A stretch of DNA of 44,053 bases from Candidatus Eiseniibacteriota bacterium (lineage in GTDB: Bacteria > Eisenbacteria > RBG-16-71-46), in the NCBI GenBank assembly GCA_023249845.1, contig JAHFBW010000001.1, forward strand, positions 11,545 through 55,597, read 5' to 3'. Numbering within the stretch: the stretch's first letter is position 1; each line of letters opens with the position of its first letter. The notes under the pieces were generated by a model. It saw nothing but the letters and a program-made list of their open reading frames with translations. It made no database searches and was not told the origin of the DNA. The translations under genes were made by a program, and so were the position numbers. This document shows positions 26,853 to 35,992 of the stretch, piece by piece.

Positions 26853-27554
26853 CTAGAAGGCGCGCGCGCGAAGCAGCGGTTCGTCCCGCGCGGGCAGCGT
26901 GCGCGCTGCCTGGCGAAGCGACGCGCGCAATCGCGCCAGCACCGGAGCGAGCCCCGCGCGCGGCACGCTCACCGCCTGGAGGACGAGCAGTTGCTCGTGT
27001 CCGCCCACACGCACGTTCACCTGCATGCGATCGCGCTCGCCGAGCAACGCCTCACCCAGCAGCCGCCCGGGCTGCTCGGCCACGACATCCAGGACCTGGA
27101 GCCGAACCTGCGCGCCCGCAACCGACCGGCGCACCGCGAAGCCGTCGCCGGAAGGACTCGCGAGGATCACCGAAAGGTCGCCACCGTAGGCGACCGTGGC
27201 ATCGCGAAGCGCCGCTCGCGAGGCGGCGCGGGTCGCGCGCTGGTCCTCCCCGACCGAGAGCGGACCAGCGTCCGCATCCACCGTGGCGACATCTTGCACG
27301 GCGGTGTCGAACAGCGACCACGTCGTGAGTTCCAGCTCGGGGGAATCGGGGAAGCGCTCGCTTCGGCCCACGCACGGCACGGCCATGGTGCAGGTGAACG
27401 GCCCCTGCAGGCAGAACTTCGCTCCCGCGTCCGCGCCGACGCAGTTGAGCGTGGCGTCGCACGTCAGGCATCCGGCGCCTGCGCTCCCCACGGTCCACGA
27501 CAAGCTCACCAACGCCGAGACGGCGGCTGCGGATACGGCCTTCCACACACGCAT
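26853..27554 (-). CDS. Secreted hypothetical protein with a 6-Cys N-terminal domain
   Basis: Signal peptide followed by CLTC-x5-C-x9-C-x6-C-x5-C. Confidence 0.65.
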   Translation of the reverse strand: MRVWKAVSAAAVSALVSLSWTVGSAGAGCLTCDATLNCVGADAGAKFCLQGPFTCTMAVPCVGRSERFPDSPELELTTWSLFDTAVQDVATVDADAGPLSVGEDQRATRAASRAALRDATVAYGGDLSVILASPSGDGFAVRRSVAGAQVRLQVLDVVAEQPGRLLGEALLGERDRMQVNVRVGGHEQLLVLQAVSVPRAGLAPVLARLRASLRQAARTLPARDEPLLRARAF

Positions 27555-27764
27555 GGTCCTGCTCCCACGAGGGCGGGTCCGGGGGGCTGCCGAAGCGCGG
27601 AGCAGCGTTCATGCCCGGCCCGGTGCTGCGGGAAACACAGCCCGCACGAGTCGCGGTGCGCGCACGCCGGTGACGGATCGTCCACGCGGGTTACGTGAGC
27701 CCGTGGCTCTGCGCGAAGTTGCCCGGTATCCAGCGTCGTCGCGAGCAGCAGATCGGGAACGGCT

Positions 27765-28502
27765 TCAGTAGACGAGCGACCAGCTGGCCTTCAAGCTCCA
27801 CAGCGTCTCGCTGTCCTCACCGGTCCCGAACGTCGGGTTCACGATGCCCGACTGGCCCTGCAGCCGCGCGGCTCGCGCCTCGATGCCGATGACGTGGCGG
27901 TCGTCGATCGCCGAATGGAAACCCACCGTCACATGGGCGCCGCCGGTCGTGTACGTGTTGTACTCGCCGCCGGTCCGATACTTCTTGCGGAAGTAGAATC
28001 CTCCGCCCACGCCCACGTAGGGACGCGCCGCAGACTTCCAACGGAAGTGGCGCTGGAACTCGGCAGTGAACGGCACGGCGATGTCCACCTGGTTCGCGAA
28101 GTGCCCCACGACGTCGTGCCCAACGCCGGCCGCGAACGCGTAGCGATTGCTCATCATGTGCTGGTAGCCGACGCCGTAGCCCACGAACCCCTGCCCCGAG
28201 AGGTCACCCGAGCGCTTGGCGTAGCCGAAGCGCAGCGACAGCCAGTTGGCGCCCTGTGCCAGCACGCCATCCTCCTTGCGCCGATCCTCGTAGGGCTTCG
28301 TCGGCGTTCTGGGCTTCGCCGGCTTCGGCGACTTCGCGGGCTTGCCGGCGGAGACGGGCGTCGCGGTGGTATCCGCCGGCGCTGCGCTGCTGTCGGCGGG
28401 CGCGGACTGGGCCCGCGCGGAGGACAGCCACAGGCCCGAGATCAGCGCGAACGCGGCCACGACCGAGGCGGAGCGCCGCAGGTTCGCTTCGGACTGGTTC
28501 AC
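27765..28502 (-). CDS. Outer-membrane beta-barrel protein (OmpA/OmpW-like) with a Pro/Lys-rich linker
   Basis: AAAGGAG RBS, GTG start, signal ARA|Q, PYVGVGGG strand motif, terminal aromatic residue (..SWSLVY). Confidence 0.75.
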   Translation of the reverse strand: MNQSEANLRRSASVVAAFALISGLWLSSARAQSAPADSSAAPADTTATPVSAGKPAKSPKPAKPRTPTKPYEDRRKEDGVLAQGANWLSLRFGYAKRSGDLSGQGFVGYGVGYQHMMSNRYAFAAGVGHDVVGHFANQVDIAVPFTAEFQRHFRWKSAARPYVGVGGGFYFRKKYRTGGEYNTYTTGGAHVTVGFHSAIDDRHVIGIEARAARLQGQSGIVNPTFGTGEDSETLWSLKASWSLVY

Positions 28503-28762
28503 CCGAGACTCCTTTCGACACGACATGGCCCGGTCGGGGCGCGATGGCGAGCGACGCGGGCGTGTCGCGGCCGCAGCTCGGCGGCCCCGGCACGCGGACA
28601 GGCAGGGCAACCTAACAGAGGCGCGAGTCGCGCCGCAATCATGCACGAGGCTCGCAACGGGCTTCGCGAGCCAGTCGGAAACTCCGCTCCTGGAGCGACT
28701 TGGCGTATGCTGGCCGCGCGGTGGCGTGTTCACCGTCGGATGGACGATCACCGGAGGAACCC

Positions 28763-29329
28763 ATGAGCACGGCCGCGTCGGGGCTTCGCTCCCCCATGTT
28801 GGCGCAACTCATTGGCGAGCTGGATCGGATCGAGCCACGTACGCGGGTCGCGGTGACGGGGCTGCCCGAATCCAAGTTCAACGAGGTGCCCCCCGACGGC
28901 GGCTGGAGCGTGGCGCAGGTGTTCGAGCACTTGTGCATCGCCAACCGCTCGTACCTGGATGGGCCACTGCCCACGGCGGTCGCGAAGGCGCGGGAGCGCG
29001 GCCCGTCGCAGCGTGCGTGGCGGCCGAGCTTCATGGGCGGCTGGCTCACCCGGATGCTCATCGAGGGCGCGAAGGCCGTGCCCACGCCGCGGCTCTACCG
29101 CGTCTCGCATCCCGTCCGACCGACCGTCGTGGACGACTTCCTGCGCTCCGTGGCCGAGACCCGGAAGTTGGTGCTCGAGGCCGACGGCTGCGACTTGAGC
29201 GTCGGACTCGCCTCGCCGGCGTCGCCGCTCTTCCGGATGAACCTGGGCGACGCGTTCCGGATCATCGTCGTGCACGCCCACCGCCACATCGCGCAAGCCG
29301 AGCGCACGCGGCGCGCGGTGGGCATGTAG
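28763..29329 (+). CDS. DinB/YfiT family protein
   Basis: GGAGG RBS. P..GGWSVAQVFEHL and HAHRH metal His motifs. Confidence 0.85.
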   Translation: MSTAASGLRSPMLAQLIGELDRIEPRTRVAVTGLPESKFNEVPPDGGWSVAQVFEHLCIANRSYLDGPLPTAVAKARERGPSQRAWRPSFMGGWLTRMLIEGAKAVPTPRLYRVSHPVRPTVVDDFLRSVAETRKLVLEADGCDLSVGLASPASPLFRMNLGDAFRIIVVHAHRHIAQAERTRRAVGM

Positions 29330-29376
29330 CGGAACACCGGTTCCCCTCCGTCCCGCGTGTTGCTACCTTCGCCGCC

Positions 29377-29895
29377 ATGCGACGTGCCCGTCCCGCGCGC
29401 GCCCTCGTGGGCTGCGCGCCCCTGGTCCTGCTCCCCATCGCGCTGGTCTCGTGCAGCGGCGAGAAGCCAGCGTCCGAGCTGTCGTTCGAGACGCTGCCGG
29501 ATACCGTTGGGCTCTCGCAGGGCACACCCGTGCTCGAGCGCTTCGAGCCCTATCGCATGGCGAACGGGGCGGTTCGCGTGACCGGGCGTGCGCGGTTGCC
29601 GGATGGCACGCAGCTTCAGGTCGCTATCAAAGAACCGGACGGCGCGGTGTCGGTGGCCATGGCGCACACCGTCGTGAAGGACTTCCAATTCGAGACGCCA
29701 CCGCTTCTCGGTGAGCGCGGCCCGTTGCCCCAGGGCCGCTACCGCTTCGAGGTGCTCGTCAACTTCAACTCCGACTGGCAGTCGCCGGACGTGTTGCGCG
29801 CCGTTTCGGGCGGGAAGGCCCTGCGCGGCCCCGGGATCACGCGCGCCAAGAACGGCGACCCGACCCTGTTCATCGTGCGTGAGGCTCGCCTGTGA
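29377..29895 (+). CDS. Putative lipoprotein
   Basis: Basic N-terminus, hydrophobic stretch, lipobox LVSC. Overlaps the next gene (GTGA). Confidence 0.65.
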   Translation: MRRARPARALVGCAPLVLLPIALVSCSGEKPASELSFETLPDTVGLSQGTPVLERFEPYRMANGAVRVTGRARLPDGTQLQVAIKEPDGAVSVAMAHTVVKDFQFETPPLLGERGPLPQGRYRFEVLVNFNSDWQSPDVLRAVSGGKALRGPGITRAKNGDPTLFIVREARL

Positions 29896-31172
29896 GCGCT
29901 GCGCGCCGAGTCCGGCCGCCCGCGCTCCGCTATCGCCCCGCGCGCCGAACGGACATCGAGACGCTCGTGGACCTGTCGCTGCGCGCGTACCGCGTCTCGA
30001 GCGCGGAGGCGCGCCGCGAGTTCTTCAGCGACCACCCACGATTCGGGCTGCGCGACGTGCGCGTCGGCGAGCTGGACGGCGAACTCGTCGCCTACCTCGT
30101 GCTCTACCCGCTGCAGGCGTGGGTGCGCGGTGCTCGGCTGCCGCTTGTCGGCATCGGGTCCGTTGCCGTGTCGCCCGAACATCGCCGGCGCGGCGTCGCC
30201 GACGCGCTGATCCGCGCGGCTCTTCGTGAGATGCGCCAGCGCGGCGACGCGCTCAGCATGCTCTACGCGTTCCGTGGCGAGTTCTACCGCCGGTTCGGCT
30301 GGGGGCTGGTCGAGACCCCCACCCTGCTCTCCGTTCCACCCGCGCTGCTGCCGGCCTCTGACGAGGCTCGACGCGTGCGCCGGCTGCGCATGCCGGACCG
30401 GCCGCTCGTGCAGGAGCTCTACGATCGTCACGCCAAGGAGCGCGGCCACTTCGCGATCGCGCGGAAGCCCGAGTGGTGGGAACGCCGGCTGTGGGGTTAC
30501 GAGGGCGAGTGGGTCGTGTACGAGAAGCGCCGCGGCCAGATCGAGGGCTACCTGCACGTGCAGGTGGACAGCGGGGACGGCCCGTGGAAGCTGGTGCTCA
30601 CGGTGAACGAGTACGTGGCGAACACGCCCGACGCGCACCGCGGGCTCACCGGCTACCTGCACGGCCTGCGCGACCAGGCGGTGGAAGTCGTCATGTCGAC
30701 GTCGCCCGACGCGCCGTGGGCGGCGCAGTTCGCCGACGCCGCGAACCTGCGCGGCGACATGAAGATGGGCGTGGTGCGGAGCGCTGGACATGCCGGCTAC
30801 GGCGCCATGCTCCGCCTGGTGGACGTCAAGGCCGCGCTCGAGGAGCTGCCAGTGTCGCGGGAGGCGCGCGGCGAGATCGTACTGGAAGTGAAGGACGACG
30901 TGCTGCCACAGAACGAACGCGCCTGGCGCGTACACGCGCGCGACGGCCGGCTCAAGCTGCGCGCGGAGACGGCGCGTCATGCCGCGGGACGCGACCGGCT
31001 GCCGCGACTCGTCGCGAACGCCGAGACGCTCGCGATCCTCGCTGCCGGAGCGCTGAGCCCGGTCGTGGCCGCTGAGAGTGGCCTTCTCGAGAACGTGCGC
31101 GGTGCGGCCGAACTCGCGGAACCATGGTTCCGCGCCCGGCCCGTGTTCCTGTTGCCGATGAACGCATTCTGA
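29892..31172 (+). CDS. Eis-like GNAT acetyltransferase (tandem GNAT plus C-terminal SCP2-like domain)
   Basis: VAVSPEHRRRGVA, LYAF...FYRRFGW, MLRLVDVKAALE, C-terminal ...MNAF. 426 aa, matching Eis-family size. Confidence 0.85.
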   Translation: MSAARRVRPPALRYRPARRTDIETLVDLSLRAYRVSSAEARREFFSDHPRFGLRDVRVGELDGELVAYLVLYPLQAWVRGARLPLVGIGSVAVSPEHRRRGVADALIRAALREMRQRGDALSMLYAFRGEFYRRFGWGLVETPTLLSVPPALLPASDEARRVRRLRMPDRPLVQELYDRHAKERGHFAIARKPEWWERRLWGYEGEWVVYEKRRGQIEGYLHVQVDSGDGPWKLVLTVNEYVANTPDAHRGLTGYLHGLRDQAVEVVMSTSPDAPWAAQFADAANLRGDMKMGVVRSAGHAGYGAMLRLVDVKAALEELPVSREARGEIVLEVKDDVLPQNERAWRVHARDGRLKLRAETARHAAGRDRLPRLVANAETLAILAAGALSPVVAAESGLLENVRGAAELAEPWFRARPVFLLPMNAF

Positions 31173-31217
31173 TACCTGGTCCCGGCGCGTCTTGCGCCGG
31201 CTTCGAAAGGCCCTCGC

Positions 31218-31661
31218 TTGCCGCACGCCGACCGCTGGACCATCGTTTCGCCGCTCCGCCCGCGCTTTCGCGACACCGACGCGATGGGCCACATCAACAA
31301 CGCGGTCTACGTCACCTACCTCGAGGTGGCGCGACAGGACTACTGGCGCGCGTTCAAGCAGGATGACAACTACCGCGTCGTGCCGTTCATCCTTGCGCAC
31401 GTGACCATCAATTTTCGCTCGGAGGCGCTCGTGAATGAGACGCTCGAACTCTGCATCCGCTGTTCGCACGTGAGCACCAGGTCATTCGGCTTCGACTACG
31501 TCATCCGCGAAGCGAAGACGCAGCGTCTCGTGGTCGAGGCGCACACCGTGCAGGTGTTTTACGACTACGCGAAGAAGTCGAGCATGCCGTGCCCGGACGA
31601 CATGCGCGCGCGGCTCGAGGCGTTCGAGGGACGGCCGCTCGCGCGTGAGGTGCGCTCGTGA
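31218..31661 (+). CDS. Acyl-CoA thioesterase (YbgC/FadM hot-dog family)
   Basis: RFRDTDAMGHINNAVYVTYLEVAR motif. Confidence 0.9.
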   Translation: MPHADRWTIVSPLRPRFRDTDAMGHINNAVYVTYLEVARQDYWRAFKQDDNYRVVPFILAHVTINFRSEALVNETLELCIRCSHVSTRSFGFDYVIREAKTQRLVVEAHTVQVFYDYAKKSSMPCPDDMRARLEAFEGRPLAREVRS

Positions 31662-31975
31662 GCGCGCGGCGTGGGAGTCGCGCCGGGAAGCTGTCGCGGC
31701 GACGGTTCGTGTCGCTGCTCGCGGTGTCATCCGCGGCGGTGATCGCAGACCCGGCCGCGGCCGCGAAGGTGGTGCCCGCGACCCGCCGGAAGCCTGTCGC
31801 GGGCCCGACGGCAAAACCGCTGCCGGCCGTTGGGGCAGCCGACCAGAAGGAGTTCGAGCGCCAGCGTGCCAACACCCTCGGCGCGCTCAAGGTGATCCGG
31901 GCGTACAAGCTGCCGCCCGGCGGCGACCTGCCGGTGGTGTTCCGGCCGCTGCCCAATCCTCGCCGGAGCCGCTGA
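31658..31975 (+). CDS. Small twin-arginine-signal protein, putative amidase partner (AtzG/HpxX/GatC-like)
   Basis: SRRRFVSLL Tat motif. C-terminal LPPGGDLPVVFRP. Ends 1 nt before the amidase ATG. Confidence 0.7.
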   Translation: MSARRGSRAGKLSRRRFVSLLAVSSAAVIADPAAAAKVVPATRRKPVAGPTAKPLPAVGAADQKEFERQRANTLGALKVIRAYKLPPGGDLPVVFRPLPNPRRSR

Positions 31976-31976
31976 C

Positions 31977-33380
31977 ATGTTGCTCGACGACCTGTGGTTC
32001 GCGACCATCGACGAGCTCTCGCTCGAGCTGCGCGCCGGCCGGCTCTCGCCTATCGAACTCACGCGCGGCTTCCTCGATCGCATCGCGCGTCTGAACGAGC
32101 GCTACAACGCGTTCGAGCACGTCACGCGCGAGTTGGCGATGGAGCAGGCGGCGCGCGCCGCCGCCGAGTTGCACGCGAACAAGTGGCGGGGGCCCCTGCA
32201 CGGCATTCCGTACGCGGCGAAAGACCTGTTCGACACCCGCGGCGTCCCGACCGCGTGGGGCACGTCGTTCCTGCGCGACCGCGTGCCTGACACGAACGCC
32301 ACGGTGGTGGACCGGCTCGAGGCCGCAGGTGCGATCCTGCTCGGCAAGACCGCGATGGTGGAGTTCGCGGGCTGCCTCGGCTACCGCTACGCGAACGCTT
32401 CCGCGAGCGGGCCCGGGCGCAATCCATGGGACCCATCACGCTGGACGGGCGGTTCGTCTTCCGGCTCCGGCGCCGCTGTCGCGGCCGGGCTGGCCACGTT
32501 CGCGCTCGGCACTGAGACGTGGGGCTCGATCCTGTGCCCGTCCGCGTTCTGCGGGCTCACCGGCATCCGGCCCACGTACGGGCTGGTCTCACGCGCCGGC
32601 GGCATGGTTGGCGCCTACACGTTCGACAAAGTGGGTCCGCTCGCGCGCTCGGCGTCCGATTGCCGAACGGTGCTCTCGGCGATCGCCGGGGCCGATCTGC
32701 GCGATTCCTCCGCTCACGACAGTGCGGTGCGGCTCACGCGCGGCGCCGCGAAGCCGGTTCGTTCGCTCAAGGCCGCGCTGGTGCCGCTGGATTGGTCCAA
32801 GGTGGGCGAACCTGAGGTGAGGGCGGCGTTCGAGGCTGCCGCGGCCGAGCTGCGTGCGGCGGGATTGTCGATGGAAACGGCAGCACTGCCCGAGGGCCCC
32901 GCGTCCGAGGTGTCGGGGCTTCTGATCGGCGTCGAAGCGCTCGCGTCGTTCGAGATGTTCCTGGACGACGGGCGCGTGCGGCGGCTCGCCGACCGCATGG
33001 CGCCACGTCAGCGCGAGCTCGCCGAGCCCATCACCGGTGCCGACACAGTGAAGGCGATGCGCGTGCGCGAGTCGCTGCAGCGCGAGATGCGCGACTTCTT
33101 CACGCGCTTCGACGTGATCGTGACGCCCAACTTCATGAGTGTGGCACCGCCAGTCGATCAGGACCTGAACGAAGCGCTCCCCTACGGCGATCCGGTGGGT
33201 GCGCTCGCGGCCGCATGCGGCCTGCCCGGACTGGCGCTGCCGGCCGGCACGGGCAAGGCCGGCATGCCGGCGGGGTTCCAGCTCGTGGCAGCGCCATTCG
33301 AGGAAGCCACGTTGTTCGACCTGGGTGAGCGCTACCAGGCGCGAACTGTGCACCACCGCAAGCATCCGGCGATCGTTTGA
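31977..33380 (+). CDS. Amidase signature family enzyme
   Basis: GPLHGIPYAAKD (Lys), GGSSSGS (cis-Ser), GTETWGSILCPS (nucleophile), GLTGIRPTYG. Confidence 0.93.
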   Translation: MLLDDLWFATIDELSLELRAGRLSPIELTRGFLDRIARLNERYNAFEHVTRELAMEQAARAAAELHANKWRGPLHGIPYAAKDLFDTRGVPTAWGTSFLRDRVPDTNATVVDRLEAAGAILLGKTAMVEFAGCLGYRYANASASGPGRNPWDPSRWTGGSSSGSGAAVAAGLATFALGTETWGSILCPSAFCGLTGIRPTYGLVSRAGGMVGAYTFDKVGPLARSASDCRTVLSAIAGADLRDSSAHDSAVRLTRGAAKPVRSLKAALVPLDWSKVGEPEVRAAFEAAAAELRAAGLSMETAALPEGPASEVSGLLIGVEALASFEMFLDDGRVRRLADRMAPRQRELAEPITGADTVKAMRVRESLQREMRDFFTRFDVIVTPNFMSVAPPVDQDLNEALPYGDPVGALAAACGLPGLALPAGTGKAGMPAGFQLVAAPFEEATLFDLGERYQARTVHHRKHPAIV

Positions 33381-33441
33381 GCGCTTGAGCGATTGCTCAA
33401 GGCGTCGCGCGGTGGGGGCGAGGGGGATCCCGAGGCGCCGA

Positions 33442-33590
33442 GCGGTGGGTGAGGGGGACCGCGATCGGGGCCAGCCGCGCGCAGGCCGAAGGCCAGGATG
33501 GCCGGAGGCCGTCGCGCGCGACAGGTCGGGCCGGCCCTGGACGGGCCGGCCCGCCCGTTGGCCCCGATCGCGGTCCCCCTCACCCGCCGC
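33442..33590. repeat. Long inverted repeat (perfect 27-bp arms) enclosing nested hairpins
   Basis: GGGTGAGGGGGACCGCGATCGGGGCCA (33447-33473) pairs perfectly with 33559-33585. Inner 11-bp stem at 33527-33537 / 33543-33553. Confidence 0.9.
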
Positions 33591-33663
33591 GACACCGCCG
33601 CGATGACTCCGCGATGACTCCGCGATGACTCCGCGACGACTCTACGACAACTCCGCGAATGCT
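33587..33663. repeat. 11-bp tandem repeat x7 (consensus CCGCGATGACT)
   Basis: Units: CCGCGACACCG, CCGCGATGACT x3, CCGCGACGACT, CTACGACAACT, CCGCGAATGCT. Confidence 0.9.
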
Positions 33664-35906
33664 CAGCGCGGCACGTTCCGCCGGGGGATCCGCCACGCTT
33701 TCTGCAGCACCCAGTCCAGAATCGCGAGCTGCTGCTCGCGGCGCCAGTACCAGAGCTGGAATCCGCTGTATACCTGAATCTGACCGCCGAACCCGCCATA
33801 GTACACGGTCATGATCGGCCGCTGCGCGCCGAACTGTCCGCCCACGGATTCGTATAGCGTGTCGAGCACGGACTCCTCGCGCTTGATGCCCGGGCTCGGG
33901 TCGCGGTCCTCGATCATGTTGTTCGGCTTCGTGATCCCATCGCCGATGTGCGCGGTCTGGTAGAAGTCGGAGAGGCCGATGCGGTTCGGGGCGTAGACCG
34001 CGATGGGGTCGGTGTCCACGCCCTTCTCGAACAGGTAGTCGGGGAGCCCGGTGTAGTCCATCGGGCTCGTGCTCCGGCCGATCGGGTGCGGCGGCGCCGT
34101 GGCCTGAGCCATGGATTTCGCCGAGATCTCCGAGCGCCAGCCGAACACGTCGTACATGAATCGGCCCGGTACCAGTTCTCCGTCGGTCTGGGAATACACG
34201 TCCGCCGGGGGCGCTTTCTCCCAGTTGATCTGCAGCGCCGTCGCCGTGCCGCCGCCGAACATCCACAGCTGGCCGCCCTGGCCGATCCAGGTGCCGATCG
34301 GGTTGCTGCGTCCGGGAAGCGTGAGCCAACGCAACTCCGACATGGGCTCCACCGTCGAGAACGGATCGTTGATGAAGCGCGCGCTCTTGTTGTCCGTGTA
34401 CCAGACGACGTGCCGGTAGCGGGACAGCCGCTGAAGCGTGAGCGTGCCCTGCGGCAGGAACCGCGTGCCGAGTGTGTCGTAGTCGTAGCCGCTGAAGATA
34501 CCCGTCGGGGACAGCGTGCCGGTGGGATAGCACTTCCACGGCACGCCACCCTTCGCGAAGAAGAACGTGTCCAGCTCGGCCGCGGTGGGCCACACGCCGC
34601 GTGGCCGATCCACGCAGCCGCCCGTCACGGGCCGGTCACCGGAGAGCCTCGTGTCGTCCACGAAAAGCAATTCCTTGTCGAACACGGCGCGCACGACGGC
34701 GAACTGCACCACGGCGAGACTCGTCTGCTGGTTGTTGTCGGTGGCCTCGATGTACAGCGTGTGCGTCTCGCTGTTGTTCGCGGGGTTGAACGGTGGGAGA
34801 TCGACACCCAGTGTGAGGGGCGACGAGCGGCTCCAGCGGTCGAACTGCGCGTTCTCGTCGTCGCGCGGGGTGTTGTTGCCGACATTGCCGTCGAGCATCC
34901 AGCGATAGCCGGCCACATAGCCGCCAGCCGGCGTGGTGCCGAACCAATTGAACCGAACGGGCTTCCCGGCCGGGGCCTCGGTGTGAATGAACGAGGCGGG
35001 GTCGAGCGAGTAGCCGCCGGAACCGAGCGAGTAATAGAAGCTCTCGTTGTACACCGTCATCTTGGGCCCGAGCAGCCCGGCGTAGTTGACGTCGAACAGC
35101 AGCATGTTGACGTCCTGGTTGAACACCGGCGAGTAGGCACCGACCTCATCGAACGCAACCACGATCGCCATGTAGCGCCGTTTCGGGACCAGGTCTCGGA
35201 TATCCACGGCGGTGGTGTCGCCGCCCACCGAGTCCCATTCACTGAAGTCCGGTGCATAGCGCCGGCGCAGCGAGTCCGGGTTCGTGAGCATTTGCAGCCA
35301 GTCGAACTCGGTGCTGGCGTCGTTGAAGATCTTGAACTTGTACTTGACCGGCTTGTTCGTTCCGCGGCCATCGGGGTCGTTGCCAGTCCACCCGAGTCGG
35401 AACGACGGACCGAATGTGGGCTGGAAGAAGTGGTTGATCGGCGGCTGGATGATCTGCACGGTCGGTGCGATGGTGAACGACGTGAGCGACCGCCACACGG
35501 GAGGCGATATGGCGCCGCGGTCGTCCACGGCCTCCAGCACGATCGTGTGGTAGCCCTCGGCCGTCTGGTCGGTGGTCGTGTCCACGTGGTCCGCGTGGAA
35601 CAGGAATGACTGCCGGTTCTCGAGCGTGCGCACCCACGTCGTTTCGGCATTGGGGGCCGTGGGCGGATCCACGGCGTAGCGGAAGTAGTCCACGCGCCCG
35701 TCCACGTCGTAACCCGCCCAGCGCAGCTCGTAGCCATAGAAGAACGGCTGGTTCACCGACACCGGCGCCTGCGTCACCTCGATCGTCGGGCGCACGTTCG
35801 GCAGCACTGGCAGCGGCTCGACCGAGCATCCGGCGAGCCCCGATCCAGCTAGCCATGAGATCGCCAGCACGGCCGCGCGCGCGCGGCCCAGGCGGACCAC
35901 GGACAT
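33663..35906 (-). CDS. Large surface lipoprotein (747 aa) with repeated Ig/Fn3-like domains
   Basis: GGAGG RBS, ATG 35906, lipobox LAGC. Repeated W-x-G-x-D-x-DG motif. Confidence 0.8.
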   Translation of the reverse strand: MSVVRLGRARAAVLAISWLAGSGLAGCSVEPLPVLPNVRPTIEVTQAPVSVNQPFFYGYELRWAGYDVDGRVDYFRYAVDPPTAPNAETTWVRTLENRQSFLFHADHVDTTTDQTAEGYHTIVLEAVDDRGAISPPVWRSLTSFTIAPTVQIIQPPINHFFQPTFGPSFRLGWTGNDPDGRGTNKPVKYKFKIFNDASTEFDWLQMLTNPDSLRRRYAPDFSEWDSVGGDTTAVDIRDLVPKRRYMAIVVAFDEVGAYSPVFNQDVNMLLFDVNYAGLLGPKMTVYNESFYYSLGSGGYSLDPASFIHTEAPAGKPVRFNWFGTTPAGGYVAGYRWMLDGNVGNNTPRDDENAQFDRWSRSSPLTLGVDLPPFNPANNSETHTLYIEATDNNQQTSLAVVQFAVVRAVFDKELLFVDDTRLSGDRPVTGGCVDRPRGVWPTAAELDTFFFAKGGVPWKCYPTGTLSPTGIFSGYDYDTLGTRFLPQGTLTLQRLSRYRHVVWYTDNKSARFINDPFSTVEPMSELRWLTLPGRSNPIGTWIGQGGQLWMFGGGTATALQINWEKAPPADVYSQTDGELVPGRFMYDVFGWRSEISAKSMAQATAPPHPIGRSTSPMDYTGLPDYLFEKGVDTDPIAVYAPNRIGLSDFYQTAHIGDGITKPNNMIEDRDPSPGIKREESVLDTLYESVGGQFGAQRPIMTVYYGGFGGQIQVYSGFQLWYWRREQQLAILDWVLQKAWRIPRRNVPR

Positions 35907-35992
35907 CGAGCCTCCGGGACCACGGTGACGGGACGGTCCAGCAATCATAGAACAGCCGCCCAGCACGCGAATAGAGGCTCCGCGCGGCTGGA

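Noticed and set aside
31658-33380. gatC-gatA
   Set aside because: No gatB follows, the nucleophile region is ETWGSILCP rather than DTGGSIRQP, and the small ORF has a Tat signal.
33587-33663. CRISPR array
   Set aside because: Units are 11 bp and contiguous with no unique spacers, and no cas genes are present.
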